Positions 24,324 through 33,995 are shown, numbered from the stretch's first letter. The stretch is 64,000 nt of DNA from an uncultured Verrucomicrobiae bacterium (GCA_963772365.1 CAVYXA010000001.1:416001-480000); one strand, 5' to 3'. Numbers and translations are program-made. Notes: generated by a model from the letters alone, not told the origin.

Positions 24324-24554
24324 ATGAGAGAATTTCTCGAGTTTGTGATCCGGCAGCTCGTCGAATTTCCCGACGAAATGATGCTTACGGAAATTCCCAG
24401 CGGCAAGACAACGGTGTTCAAACTTCAGCTACGGCAGAGTGATGTCGGTCGCGTAATTGGACGTAACGGCCAAACCATTCAAGCCATTCGGGCATTGCTA
24501 AACAGCTCCGCGTCCCGTCACGGTCAACGAGCCACTCTCGAAATCGTAGAATAG
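24324..24554 (+). CDS. khpA: KH-domain RNA-binding protein (KhpA/YlqC family)
   Basis: [17 protein letters not shown]...[17 protein letters not shown]; follows rpsP. Confidence 0.9.
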   Translation: MREFLEFVIRQLVEFPDEMMLTEIPSGKTTVFKLQLRQSDVGRVIGRNGQTIQAIRALLNSSASRHGQRATLEIVE

Positions 24555-24612
24555 TATTCTCGCCTATTCCGTATTGGACGTTCGGCATCCGACGTTCGAC
24601 GTTTTCGCTTTG

Positions 24613-25302
24613 ATGAAGATCGACATCCTTACACTTTTCCCCGAGATCTGCCGCGCGCCTCTGGGCGAAAGCATGATGAAACGGGCGCAGGAAAAAGGAA
24701 TTGTCGATCTTCGCATTCACAATCTCCGCGATTGGACCACCGATAAACATCACATCGTCGATGATACACCGTTTGGCGGCGGGCAGGGGATGGTGATGAA
24801 ACCAGAGCCAATCTTCGCCGCGGTGGAAGATCTCAGGAAGCAAACATCGGACACTCAATCAGAGAAAACGAAAATCATTTTGATGAGTCCGGCAGGACGC
24901 CCGCTTAATCAAAAGCTGGCAACAGAGATATCGAAAGAATCGCACCTCATCATCATTTGCGGACATTACGAGGGCGTCGATCAGCGGGTTATCGAGCATC
25001 TTCTCGACCTTGAGATTTCGATTGGCGATTATGTCCTAACGAACGGCGGGATTGCCGCCGTCGTTCTTGTGGATGCAATCGTGCGATTGCTCCCTGGCGC
25101 TCTGGGACATGAGCAGTCAGCTGCCGATGATTCGTTCAGCGCGGGACTGCTCGAAGCGCCGCAATACACCCGCCCCGCCGAATTTCGCGGCTGGAAAGTC
25201 CCGGAGATCCTCCTTTCGGGAAATCACGGACAGATCGCGGCGTGGCGAAAAGAGCAAGCGTTCAGGCGCACAAAAAAAAATCGGCCTGATCTATTATCCT
25301 AA
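24613..25302 (+). CDS. trmD: tRNA (guanine-N1)-methyltransferase
   Basis: [51 protein letters not shown]. Confidence 0.97.
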   Translation: MKIDILTLFPEICRAPLGESMMKRAQEKGIVDLRIHNLRDWTTDKHHIVDDTPFGGGQGMVMKPEPIFAAVEDLRKQTSDTQSEKTKIILMSPAGRPLNQKLATEISKESHLIIICGHYEGVDQRVIEHLLDLEISIGDYVLTNGGIAAVVLVDAIVRLLPGALGHEQSAADDSFSAGLLEAPQYTRPAEFRGWKVPEILLSGNHGQIAAWRKEQAFRRTKKNRPDLLS

Positions 25303-26543
25303 TTGCGCACGCGTCCAAAGACGACACAGGCATTGATTCCGCCGAACCCGAACGAATTGCTCATCACATAATTTAGTTCAGCAGCGTGACCGTGGTTTGG
25401 AACCACATCGAGATCGCAAGCCGGATCAGGATTTTGATAATTTATTGTGGGCGGAATCCGCTGTTGATCCAACGCCAGTGCGCAGATAGCGCCTTCGATT
25501 GCACCGGTCGCCCCTAACGGATGCGCGTGATATCCCTTGGTGCCGCTGACGGGAATTTTCCTGGCGTGCTCGCCGAATACCCGTTTGATCGACATCGTTT
25601 CAGCGCTGTCATTGAGCTGGGTAGAACTGGCATGGGCGTTAATGTAATCGATCTGTTCGGCGGCCAGTTGCGCATCTGCCAAAGCGTCGCGCATGGCTCG
25701 CATGCACGATTCACCGGTGGGCAATGGCGTCGTCATGTGAAATGCGTCATTGTTCAAACTGTATCCGAGCACTTCGGAGTAGATGTGAGCGCCCCGATTG
25801 CGTGCATGATCCAGTTCTTCCAAAATCAGCGACGCGGCGCCTTCGCCCATGACAAAGCCGTCGCGCAGAAGATCGAACGGCCGGGAAGCCGTGGCCGGAT
25901 CTTCATTGCGGCTCATCGTTTTGATGATGTCGAACGCGCCAATGGTAATCGTGGTAAGCGGGGCTTCCGCGCCTCCAGCAACCACGACATCGGCGAAATC
26001 GTCACGAATGTAGCGAAGCGCTTCACCGATTGAAACTGTTCCACTGGCGCAGCTATTAGAGTTCGTTGTGCCGACGCCGCGAAAGCCAAAATCGATTGCG
26101 ATATTGGAATGGGCCGAACCGCCAAATACCTGCACGGCGAGTGTCGGCTGTACACCGCGAGCGCCTTTTTTCAGGAAGCGAATGTATTGCTCTTCCGCTT
26201 TGCAAACACCGCCCAGAGCGGTACCGAAACTGACACCGATTCGGTCCTGCGGATGGTCATGGGAATATTCGAGGCCTGCGTCATCGAGCGCGAGCTTGGC
26301 CGAAACGACAGCGAATTGCGCGTAACGATCGAGCCGCTTTAAACGATGCGGCGCAAAAAACTCCTCTGGATTCCAATCGCGAATCTGACCGGCACAGCGC
26401 ACTTTGAATGCGCTGGCATCAAACGCCTCGATCCTGCTGATTCCAGTTTTTTCGGCAAGGATCCCGTCCCAAAAATTTTCGCGACCGCGCCCGATACAGG
26501 TGACCGGACCTAGACCGGTGATGACAACGCGCCGCCGATTCAT
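25299..26543 (-). CDS. Beta-ketoacyl-ACP synthase (FabF-like, divergent)
   Basis: RRVVITGLG, catalytic Cys (NSCASG), two His (AHASST, AHPLGA), SNSFGFGG. Confidence 0.9.
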   Translation of the reverse strand: MNRRRVVITGLGPVTCIGRGRENFWDGILAEKTGISRIEAFDASAFKVRCAGQIRDWNPEEFFAPHRLKRLDRYAQFAVVSAKLALDDAGLEYSHDHPQDRIGVSFGTALGGVCKAEEQYIRFLKKGARGVQPTLAVQVFGGSAHSNIAIDFGFRGVGTTNSNSCASGTVSIGEALRYIRDDFADVVVAGGAEAPLTTITIGAFDIIKTMSRNEDPATASRPFDLLRDGFVMGEGAASLILEELDHARNRGAHIYSEVLGYSLNNDAFHMTTPLPTGESCMRAMRDALADAQLAAEQIDYINAHASSTQLNDSAETMSIKRVFGEHARKIPVSGTKGYHAHPLGATGAIEGAICALALDQQRIPPTINYQNPDPACDLDVVPNHGHAAELNYVMSNSFGFGGINACVVFGRVRN

Positions 26544-26995
26544 GCGTTCACCGTTGTGACCTTGCCTTCCACATATGCCTTCATACAGCGCAGAGTTTTA
26601 TTAGCAATGTTGTGAATAAAGAAATCGCCGATGACAGGATCGACAATCGGCGCCAGCGCAGGAATTCGAAACCGCAGGTCGTGCGCGATCTCGACCAGCA
26701 CGCCCTCGGGCGTTTCGCGAAATGTCCAGACGACGTGCATCCCTTTGGTAAATGCTTTGAGGTGATTGAAGCGCACCTCGATTTTTTCGCGGTCGATGAT
26801 CTGTTCGGACGTCCAGGAAATGGGAACCCGGGACCGAGTCGCGGCCATGATCACGATGTTTCGATCCGGACTTCGTTCGAGATAACGAATGTAACGATAA
26901 TGCGGTAGAATCTTTGGCCAAAGTTCCAGATTCGCCGCCGTCTCGAAGATCGACATCTTCGGCGCGCGCATCGTGATCGAGTTGGTCTTGTGCAT
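26540..26995 (-). CDS. SRPBCC/START polyketide cyclase-dehydrase family protein
   Basis: WPKILPHY...WTS...GMHVVWTF...IAHD...IANKTL helix-grip pattern; ATGA overlap with the KS gene. Confidence 0.85.
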   Translation of the reverse strand: MHKTNSITMRAPKMSIFETAANLELWPKILPHYRYIRYLERSPDRNIVIMAATRSRVPISWTSEQIIDREKIEVRFNHLKAFTKGMHVVWTFRETPEGVLVEIAHDLRFRIPALAPIVDPVIGDFFIHNIANKTLRCMKAYVEGKVTTVNA

Positions 26996-27152
26996 CGGTT
27001 TGGATCAAACTACACGGCGCGGCAGGAGGGCGCAGCATCTTTGCGTCGTTTGCCACTGTGCCAGATGCGACCTTCTTCGTATGCAATCCCACGTTATGCA
27101 CGCTGGAAAGTTGCGCCCTCCCGAAGCTTAATAGCCATGCATCGACATCGAT

Positions 27153-27325
27153 TTATTCGTTGTCTTTGGTGATAATTCCAAACCGACCGTGCTTCTCGTC
27201 CGCGATTCCAGCGATGAAATAGACTCCTTCGCCGAGCGGCAGCATGTCCCACAAGCCCTCTAATTGAAGTGGTGTTCCATCGGCCTGAATGATCGTTCCG
27301 AGAAAGTCGCACGCTGAAACGTTGA
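27153..27325 (-). pseudogene. C-terminal remnant of a TIGR03118-like secreted beta-propeller protein
   Basis: Reads FLGTIIQADGTPLQLEGLWDMLPLGEGVYFIAGIADEKHGRFGIITKDNE* with no usable start. Resembles the family C-terminus (G-x-P-x-x-I-D-G-L-W...LYFTAG..DE.HGLFG). Confidence 0.6.
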
Positions 27326-27385
27326 TTTGAATGCTTTCATATGAACCGGATCGGATTAAAGCGAGACGGCGGCTAGCCTCGAAAG

Positions 27386-27401
27386 GTAACGAGCCTGTTA
27401 C
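27386..27401. promoter_or_regulatory. GTAAC-N6-GTTAC palindrome, copy 3
   Basis: aaagGTAACgagcctGTTACtt. Confidence 0.6.
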
Positions 27402-27436
27402 TTACGATCTGGCGAAGGGGCAGCGATTAGGCTTGG

Positions 27437-28093
27437 TCAGGAAATTTTGTAGCCGACGTGTCGGACGGTGTGAATCAGCGCCGGATCGCCGAGCTTCTTC
27501 CGCAGCCGCCCGATGAAAACTTCTACAAGCTTTGTGTCGTATTCGTGCGCGTGATCCCAGACGCGCTCGCACAGTTCGGTACGAGTGAATACGCGGCCTG
27601 GTTCTCGCATCAGCACTTTTAGCAACGTCAATTCGCGAGGTGAGAGATCAATGCGATTCGGCCCGCGATGCACCTGCTGGCTGGCAAGATCGAATGTCAG
27701 ATCCGTGACACGAAGAGTGAGGGCGGCCTCTTCCGGGTAACGCCGTCCCAAGGCGTCCACTCGCGCGACCAGTTCTGCGGTAGCAAATGGTTTTGGCAGA
27801 TAATCATCGGCGCCGAGCTGTAACCCGGTTACGCGATCTTTCACCTCACTGCGCGCGGTTAACATCAACACGCGACTGTTGATGTGCTGCGAGCGCAGGC
27901 GGCGCAGAACTTCGAACCCATCGATTCGCGGCAGGCCAACATCGAGAACAACGAGATCGTAGCCAAACGCCGTCGCTTGATCGAAGCCGGATTCGCCATC
28001 ATGCACAATTCTCGGATGATGGCCTGCTTCTACCAACGCGACCGAGATTTTTTTCGCGAGCGCGATATCATCTTCAACTATCAGTACGTGCAT
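27437..28093 (-). CDS. OmpR-family response regulator (CusR/CopR-like)
   Basis: LIVEDD, LDVGLP, LMLTA, GADDYLPKPF, winged helix VEVFIGRLRKK...IHTVRHVGY. Confidence 0.93.
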   Translation of the reverse strand: MHVLIVEDDIALAKKISVALVEAGHHPRIVHDGESGFDQATAFGYDLVVLDVGLPRIDGFEVLRRLRSQHINSRVLMLTARSEVKDRVTGLQLGADDYLPKPFATAELVARVDALGRRYPEEAALTLRVTDLTFDLASQQVHRGPNRIDLSPRELTLLKVLMREPGRVFTRTELCERVWDHAHEYDTKLVEVFIGRLRKKLGDPALIHTVRHVGYKIS

Positions 28094-28147
28094 AAATCTC
28101 GGAACGGATTGTAACGCATTTGGCGACTCAAGAATGGAGGCGGAAAA

Positions 28148-28163
28148 GTAACAGAGTTGTTAG
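28148..28163. promoter_or_regulatory. GTAAC-N6-GTTAG palindrome, copy 2 (upstream of the regulator)
   Basis: ggcggaaaaGTAACagagttGTTAGtttttccgcc. Confidence 0.6.
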
Positions 28164-28178
28164 TTTTTCCGCCACAAT

Positions 28179-29390
28179 TCAAAATCTTACACTGAACTGC
28201 GCTGCGAACAGTTGACTCTCATCGCGGGGTCCACTGGTTTGCTGCGCAAAGCTGTATTGGAGTTTGAGCTGAGTGTACGATGTGAAGCGATACGTTCCGG
28301 CAATGTCGATTCTCCCAACGTCATCTCCCCATCGATTGTTACCGTCCGGCCGCTTGCCGACATCCGCAAAAAGCTGCTGGTTCCACCGAATGGCTCCGAA
28401 AAATTGTGGAGTGAATTGATATCTCGCTTCGATGTAGTACGCGAACGTGTCCCCATCGCCTTTTGCTGGGACCTCGAAACGAGCCTCGTAAAGCTCCGCC
28501 CATAATTCCAAGTGATGCAGCGCATAGCTGACATCCTGACCGAGCACGTATTCTCGGTAATCGCTGATCTCGCGTCCACGAGGCAGCATTGGCTTTGCCT
28601 CTGAGCGAAAATAGGTTCCTTCACTGGCGGAGATACCGATGTTCCAAGCCTCATCCGGACGAAACCCCAGACGTCCGCTAACAGTCGGATGGTCGAAACC
28701 GGTGTTCGTCACGCTCCACGATTCCGGTCGTGATGAAAGCGACGCATTCTTCATCTCCGCGGCATATTCGAATTTGTCGATCTTTCCCGCCACCGAAATG
28801 CCGCTGGCGTAGCTGGGTCCCCAAATCACCGGATTGAACTCGTATTTTTCAAAAAGCAACTCGCGATGGAAATCACTGGGAAGATAAACGTAATGATCCC
28901 GTACGGCTGTAACGTTTTCGTAGATCAGCGGCGCGTTGATAAATGGGTTCTCCCACGAGAGATGTCGTGGCACCCAGTTGCCGACAACCGTGGCAAACTT
29001 TCCAATCTGCACGCTGACTTGGCCGTCTTTCCAGGGCGTGAATCGAACAGCGTATTCGTCCAGCCGAATCTCCACCCCCTGATCGCTCGGATCGAAGCCA
29101 CGATCGACTCGCGTTTGGACAAAAAAATAAATCGGCGATCCATATTGAGCATCGAGGAAAAGGGTAAGCCTCGAGTTAAAAAGCGTATCCTCCTGGCTTG
29201 TGATCAATCCGGGTGGCGGTTGGTCAAAATGATAACGTTCGAGGTCTAACGTGCCGCTGATCCGCGCCCGCAATTGATTTTGGAAAGCGGCAACAGTAAG
29301 CGCGCGATCCAGTCGGTCGAAAATACTCTCGACATCGATCGCGCCCGCCGTGCACGCGACACAGCAGATACCGAGAGCAACAAACTTCAT
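28179..29390 (-). CDS. Putative outer-membrane beta-barrel protein
   Basis: Signal peptide, amphipathic aromatic beta-strand pattern, terminal ...AQFSVRF (C-terminal Phe). Confidence 0.75.
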   Translation of the reverse strand: MKFVALGICCVACTAGAIDVESIFDRLDRALTVAAFQNQLRARISGTLDLERYHFDQPPPGLITSQEDTLFNSRLTLFLDAQYGSPIYFFVQTRVDRGFDPSDQGVEIRLDEYAVRFTPWKDGQVSVQIGKFATVVGNWVPRHLSWENPFINAPLIYENVTAVRDHYVYLPSDFHRELLFEKYEFNPVIWGPSYASGISVAGKIDKFEYAAEMKNASLSSRPESWSVTNTGFDHPTVSGRLGFRPDEAWNIGISASEGTYFRSEAKPMLPRGREISDYREYVLGQDVSYALHHLELWAELYEARFEVPAKGDGDTFAYYIEARYQFTPQFFGAIRWNQQLFADVGKRPDGNNRWGDDVGRIDIAGTYRFTSYTQLKLQYSFAQQTSGPRDESQLFAAQFSVRF

Positions 29391-31169
29391 CTAACGTGCT
29401 TCGTGTTCTCCCGTTGCCGCGGCGGTTTGAAATTCGGCTTCAAACTCGGTCCAGTCATTTTCGGAGCGGACCAGTCGCAAAGCGCCGCCGTGCAATTGGG
29501 TAAGTTGACGGGCGAGGTTCAACCCAAGTCCATGCCCGGCAACGTGCGAACCGTCGGTGGCACGATGAAAACGCTCGAAAATATGAGACTGCGCTTCCGG
29601 CGGAATCGTTGGGCCGGTGTTGCCAATTCGCAGAAAAATCTCGCCGTTGTCTCGATGTGCTTTTACTCGAATGCTGCCGCCATGCCGATTGTACTTCCAG
29701 GCGTTCTCGAGAAGATTTTGAACGATTAGCGACACGTAACGTCTTTCGCCGACGATCAAGAGATTGCCGGGAAGATTTTTGTCGATCTTCACGTCGGGCA
29801 AATCGGGAACGGCGCTCAGGTCATCCAGCCATTCTTCGACCAGCTGGCTCAGATTGACCGCTCTGGCTTCGATTTGCAAATGGCCGGCGTCCATGCGGGA
29901 AAGTAAGAGTAAATCGTCGATTACGCTCGTTAGTCGATGCGTCTGGTGAAGTAATCCGGAAAGTTCCTCATACATTTCCGGCTTCAAATCTTCTTGGGCC
30001 AGCATGCCCTCGATGCCGGCTCGCAGCGCGGTGACCGGGCTTTTCAATTGATGGGAAGCATCGGCGGAATAACGTGTCGATCTTTTCAATTGCTCACTCG
30101 TGGTGGCAAGCTGAGCTTCGGCGCGTTTTCGTCGAGTGCGGTTTTCTTCCGAATCGACGGCGAGTTTTTCTACTGGCACGGCCAGGCGTGCGGCCATGAA
30201 GTGACTAAGCACAAACCCACCGAAAAGAAGAAGAGCGCCGCCACCGGTAATTCGCCAGCGCAATTGAGACAACTGGCCAACTCGATCCGCAAGTGAGTAA
30301 ATGCATACCTCATAGGCCGGCGGAAATACCGAACCAGGATTCAACTCTTTGTAGAACAGAAGATGGGGAACGCCGGAGATATTCACCATCAGACTGCTTT
30401 GGCCGTGGACCTTTTCTCCTACGAACTTTTTGACGGCAGCGGCAAGCCCGTTCTCGTCGCTTTTCGACAAGCCCGGTAAATGCAGTTTGCCATTGACGAA
30501 GATACCGCTCTTCATCGCTGGATTTGGACGTTTGGTTCCCAGCTCAAACGATTTAAAGCCGACGACCAGAGCTGCAATCAATTCGCCCGTGTCACTCGAG
30601 AAGATTGGCGCGGCGATAACTTCCTCGACAGCTTCATCGCTGGCGTGCGTTCGGATGTACCCGATCTGTTGACTAGTCGATAATCGTTTCAAAGCCAGTT
30701 GCGCTTCAGCGCTTGAGTCGAGCTCGCCTACATCATGTCGGTTAGGCGGGGGAAGAACCGCGCCTCTCTCGTCTAGAAACCGGTAGAACCTGGCGTGGAG
30801 GGAATGCGCGCCCGTCTGCTCGGGACGGTTTTCCTCGCTTTCCATCAAATCCCTCAGCTCGTCCTTTGCGCTCGGATATAGAAGATCCAGAGCGCCGTCT
30901 TCAAGAGACGCGTGAATGCGAGGGCGCAACGCGAGGATGCGGCAGCGCTCAGCCAGTGCGGCTCGACGCAAATCCTGGACCTGATCGAGCCAGGAGAGTT
31001 CTGCCTGAAAATCGTGGCGCAGATCACGCTCTGCCGTGGCCTCCACGTTGCGTTGTGCAAGGTAAAAAACGAACGCCGTGATTGCGGCGATCACCAACAT
31101 CATCGCAGCCAGCAGTTTGTTCCGAAACGTAGCGAAACGGTAGGGCGAGGGCGCGTTTGCAGAGGTCAT
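29391..31169 (-). CDS. Membrane sensor histidine kinase (CusS-like catalytic domain)
   Basis: Two TMs around a large periplasmic domain; ADASHQLKSP, NLLENAWKY, GNTGPTI, IFERFHR, GHGLGL. Confidence 0.92.
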   Translation of the reverse strand: MTSANAPSPYRFATFRNKLLAAMMLVIAAITAFVFYLAQRNVEATAERDLRHDFQAELSWLDQVQDLRRAALAERCRILALRPRIHASLEDGALDLLYPSAKDELRDLMESEENRPEQTGAHSLHARFYRFLDERGAVLPPPNRHDVGELDSSAEAQLALKRLSTSQQIGYIRTHASDEAVEEVIAAPIFSSDTGELIAALVVGFKSFELGTKRPNPAMKSGIFVNGKLHLPGLSKSDENGLAAAVKKFVGEKVHGQSSLMVNISGVPHLLFYKELNPGSVFPPAYEVCIYSLADRVGQLSQLRWRITGGGALLLFGGFVLSHFMAARLAVPVEKLAVDSEENRTRRKRAEAQLATTSEQLKRSTRYSADASHQLKSPVTALRAGIEGMLAQEDLKPEMYEELSGLLHQTHRLTSVIDDLLLLSRMDAGHLQIEARAVNLSQLVEEWLDDLSAVPDLPDVKIDKNLPGNLLIVGERRYVSLIVQNLLENAWKYNRHGGSIRVKAHRDNGEIFLRIGNTGPTIPPEAQSHIFERFHRATDGSHVAGHGLGLNLARQLTQLHGGALRLVRSENDWTEFEAEFQTAAATGEHEAR

Positions 31170-31801
31170 GGAAGATCGACGTGCAAGGTTTGCCCGGACT
31201 TAAGATCCACGTCCCGCTCGCGCGTCGTCTTGCTGTCGATCCACGCTTTCAATTTGAAGTGACCTGCCGGAAGTCCCGTCAGGCGAAATTCCCCGCTTGG
31301 TTTGGTCATGACAAAGTAGGGAGTATCAAGAACCAGAATCATCCCGCGCATATGCTCGTGAATGTCGCAACGAAGGGTCACCAGCCCTGGCTTATCAAAC
31401 ACCACCGACGGAATCGGGCGTTCCTCCGAACGGTACCGGCCAAGATCGAATCGTTTGGCTCGCGAATACGAAAAGATGCTGTGATAAGTATCATCCAGAT
31501 TTGGGAACTCCACGCGGGTGCCGACCTGGATCGGCAGGACCGATGGGATAAAGGCGAGATCTTTTTGGACGACCTTTTCCAGCGGCTGAGATTTTGGCTT
31601 CGGAAACGAATCCTCCAGATAAACGACGGCCATTGGCGGTTCGGTGGAGAGAACGCCACCGCGAGTGACAACCTCATAGCGTCTCGCCAGTACCGGCGGC
31701 GCGTGCGACTTCGGCAACTGCACCGTTCCTTCGACCGTTGCCCCAACCACGATCGGAAGAGGAAACAGAATGGAGAGAATGCAGAAACAGAGTAATCGCA
31801 C
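31166..31801 (-). CDS. Secreted cupredoxin-like protein with a carboxypeptidase-regulatory-like C-terminal domain
   Basis: Signal peptide; FPNLDDTYHSIFS ... CDIHEHM (His + C-x2-H-x2-M type-1 Cu ligands); GEFRLTGLPAGHFKLKAW. Confidence 0.8.
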   Translation of the reverse strand: MRLLCFCILSILFPLPIVVGATVEGTVQLPKSHAPPVLARRYEVVTRGGVLSTEPPMAVVYLEDSFPKPKSQPLEKVVQKDLAFIPSVLPIQVGTRVEFPNLDDTYHSIFSYSRAKRFDLGRYRSEERPIPSVVFDKPGLVTLRCDIHEHMRGMILVLDTPYFVMTKPSGEFRLTGLPAGHFKLKAWIDSKTTRERDVDLKSGQTLHVDLP

Positions 31802-31858
31802 TTTAGTTAGTTTATAAGTGTTTCGTTCGACGGAAAGTGCCTGCTCGGCCCGCCAAAA

Positions 31859-31874
31859 GTAACAACGGCGTTAC
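31859..31874. promoter_or_regulatory. GTAAC-N6-GTTAC palindrome, copy 1 (divergent promoter region)
   Basis: aaaaGTAACaacggcGTTACcttttt. Confidence 0.65.
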
Positions 31875-31920
31875 CTTTTTGCGTAAACGCGCCCGCCAGA
31901 GAGTATGCGATTCAACCGGT

Positions 31921-33234
31921 ATGAGAACAAATCGACGATCTCTGATTGGGTTATGCGCATGCGCAATCGCAATTTGCACGATGCCTTTTCTCTTGTTTGG
32001 GCAACGGAGCGGAAACTTGCAGGCTGCCTGCCAGAACATCACTCTCTCCCCACTGAACCGTTCGTTCACCTCGGAAGGCGGCAGCACGTTCATTAATGTT
32101 TATCATGAGAATGGCTGTAACTTTAGTGCGACGAGCGGCGATCCGTGGATCAATATCACATCTGTAAATGTCGGCGACGATATTGGGACGGTGTATTACA
32201 CGGTCGCCCCATATTCGGGCGGGGCGCCTCATACTGGAGCGATTACTGTGGGCTCCCAAAGTTTTCCGGTTTATCAAACGAACGAACCATTTCAAAAGGC
32301 GCCCAGTATTGTCTGGAAGCGCAATGCTCACACCGCAAGCGTCAATGCGGTCGCTTTTTCACCCGACGGACAATTTCTTGCATCTGGAAGCAATGATCGC
32401 ATCGTAAAAGTCTCGCGCATTTCTGATGGAACCCTGGTCCAAACATTCGGCGGCTTCTATGATTCCGTCACATCCGTGGCATTTTCGCATAACGGACAGA
32501 TCCTCGTAGCAGGCAGCATTGACCGCCACATCCGGGCTTGGAACACTGCCAATTGGTCGTCCCTCCACAACGTTGGAACTGGTGACTTTATTTTCGGAGT
32601 AGCATTTTCGCCCGACGACACCGAGCTGGCCGCAGCCGGCGGTTATTCCGGGAATTGGATTCATCTCTTCCGCACTTCCGACTGGTTGGAGACCGCATTG
32701 CTTGGTTATGGGCAGCAGGAAAATCGCGCGATCGCGTATTCCCCTAACGGACAGTTTTTGGCCTGGGCAATGCTTTACCCGGGAGTTCGATTACAGAACC
32801 TCGATACTGGTTCGTTCTGCATTTTCTCGGAAGATACTTACTACGGCTACATCACAAATTCTGTTGCCTTTTCACCAAATGGCCAGCAAGTCGCCAGCGG
32901 CAGCGATAGCCAGGCAGTCAGCATATGGCAGGTTAACGGTTGTTGGCTGCTTCACAGCTTAAACGGGCCAGCGGGTTTCGTGAAAGGGGTTGCCTATTCA
33001 CCGGATGGCCAAACGATTTTGGCCGGTAGTGAAAACCACAGCGAAGGACGCGGCGCGCTTTTGCTATGGCGAACGAGCGATGGCGCTCTGCTCCGCGTTT
33101 ATCTTGGAGAAACCACCACTGGCGTGGAATCAGTCCAATACTCTCCTAACGGCGCTTTTTTCGCCTACGGCCAGGAAGATGGGTCCGTGGTGCTCGCGCG
33201 CAATCCGTTCTGGGCGCTACCCCCGCATCCGTGA
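31921..33234 (+). CDS. Secreted BACON-like + WD40-repeat protein
   Basis: Signal/TM segment, PWINIT...GTVYYTVAP..G.ITVG (BACON-like), then about seven VAFSPDG-type WD40 repeats. Confidence 0.85.
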   Translation: MRTNRRSLIGLCACAIAICTMPFLLFGQRSGNLQAACQNITLSPLNRSFTSEGGSTFINVYHENGCNFSATSGDPWINITSVNVGDDIGTVYYTVAPYSGGAPHTGAITVGSQSFPVYQTNEPFQKAPSIVWKRNAHTASVNAVAFSPDGQFLASGSNDRIVKVSRISDGTLVQTFGGFYDSVTSVAFSHNGQILVAGSIDRHIRAWNTANWSSLHNVGTGDFIFGVAFSPDDTELAAAGGYSGNWIHLFRTSDWLETALLGYGQQENRAIAYSPNGQFLAWAMLYPGVRLQNLDTGSFCIFSEDTYYGYITNSVAFSPNGQQVASGSDSQAVSIWQVNGCWLLHSLNGPAGFVKGVAYSPDGQTILAGSENHSEGRGALLLWRTSDGALLRVYLGETTTGVESVQYSPNGAFFAYGQEDGSVVLARNPFWALPPHP

Positions 33235-33254
33235 AAGCTGCCAGGCCTGAATCT

Positions 33255-33995
33255 TTATTTTTTGATTCGATAAGTTAAAAAACACTCATCGCCCGCCACG
33301 CGCATCTTTTTCAGGGTGCAATGGACACTCGCTGGAAGGAATTCTTTGCTTAACCCGGTTAGCGTGGGGGCGTCTGCTCCGCCGAAAAGGTAGGGCGCAA
33401 TTGTGAGATTGAGTTCATCAATCAGACCAAGCTCGAGCATGGAACGAAACAAGGCTGCCCCGCCTTCGCAGGCAACTCTCCGCACGCGATATTTCGTTCG
33501 CAAGATCTGAAGCATTTTCGCAAGATCGACATGTTTCGCTCTGCCGAGGTGTAGCATCGCCTTCCCGTTTAGGGCGGCTTGAATTCTTTTCGGCATCTGG
33601 GTTGTGGAAAAAATGAGAATCGGTCCCGCTGTTGCGGGATCGGACTGAAATATCTTAAGCCGATTGTCGATCCTGCCCTTCCCGGAAACGATGATGCGAA
33701 TCGGCGCGGCAGATTGACCGAGCTTGATTCGCTCTTTTCTTAATTCGGCTGGTAACCCCAGCCGAACATTATCCCGCTTGAGAGTTGTGTGACCGACCAG
33801 CACTGCATCAGCCGCCGCGCGTTGTCGAAATAAATGCAACTTGTCCTCGCGGGACGTGAAGTCGACCGGCGAAAAATTCTTCGTCGTGATCTTGCCATCT
33901 ACGGTCATGGCGAATGTGGCAGTGACGAACGGCCGGGCCGATGCCGATCTTGGGCGATGTCGCCGCGGTCGGTTATTCTTTTTCCGCGATTTCAT
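33255..33995 (-). CDS. RibD C-terminal-like (pyrimidine reductase/DHFR-fold) protein
   Basis: AMTVDGKI, DAVLVGHTT..RDN, CEGGAAL, LIDELNLTIAP. Confidence 0.85.
   Translation of the reverse strand: MKSRKKNNRPRRHRPRSASARPFVTATFAMTVDGKITTKNFSPVDFTSREDKLHLFRQRAAADAVLVGHTTLKRDNVRLGLPAELRKERIKLGQSAAPIRIIVSGKGRIDNRLKIFQSDPATAGPILIFSTTQMPKRIQAALNGKAMLHLGRAKHVDLAKMLQILRTKYRVRRVACEGGAALFRSMLELGLIDELNLTIAPYLFGGADAPTLTGLSKEFLPASVHCTLKKMRVAGDECFLTYRIKK

Noticed and set aside
27820..27832. GTAAC-ccg-GTTAC as a fourth operator copy
   Set aside because: The spacer is 3 nt, not 6, and it lies inside the regulator CDS.
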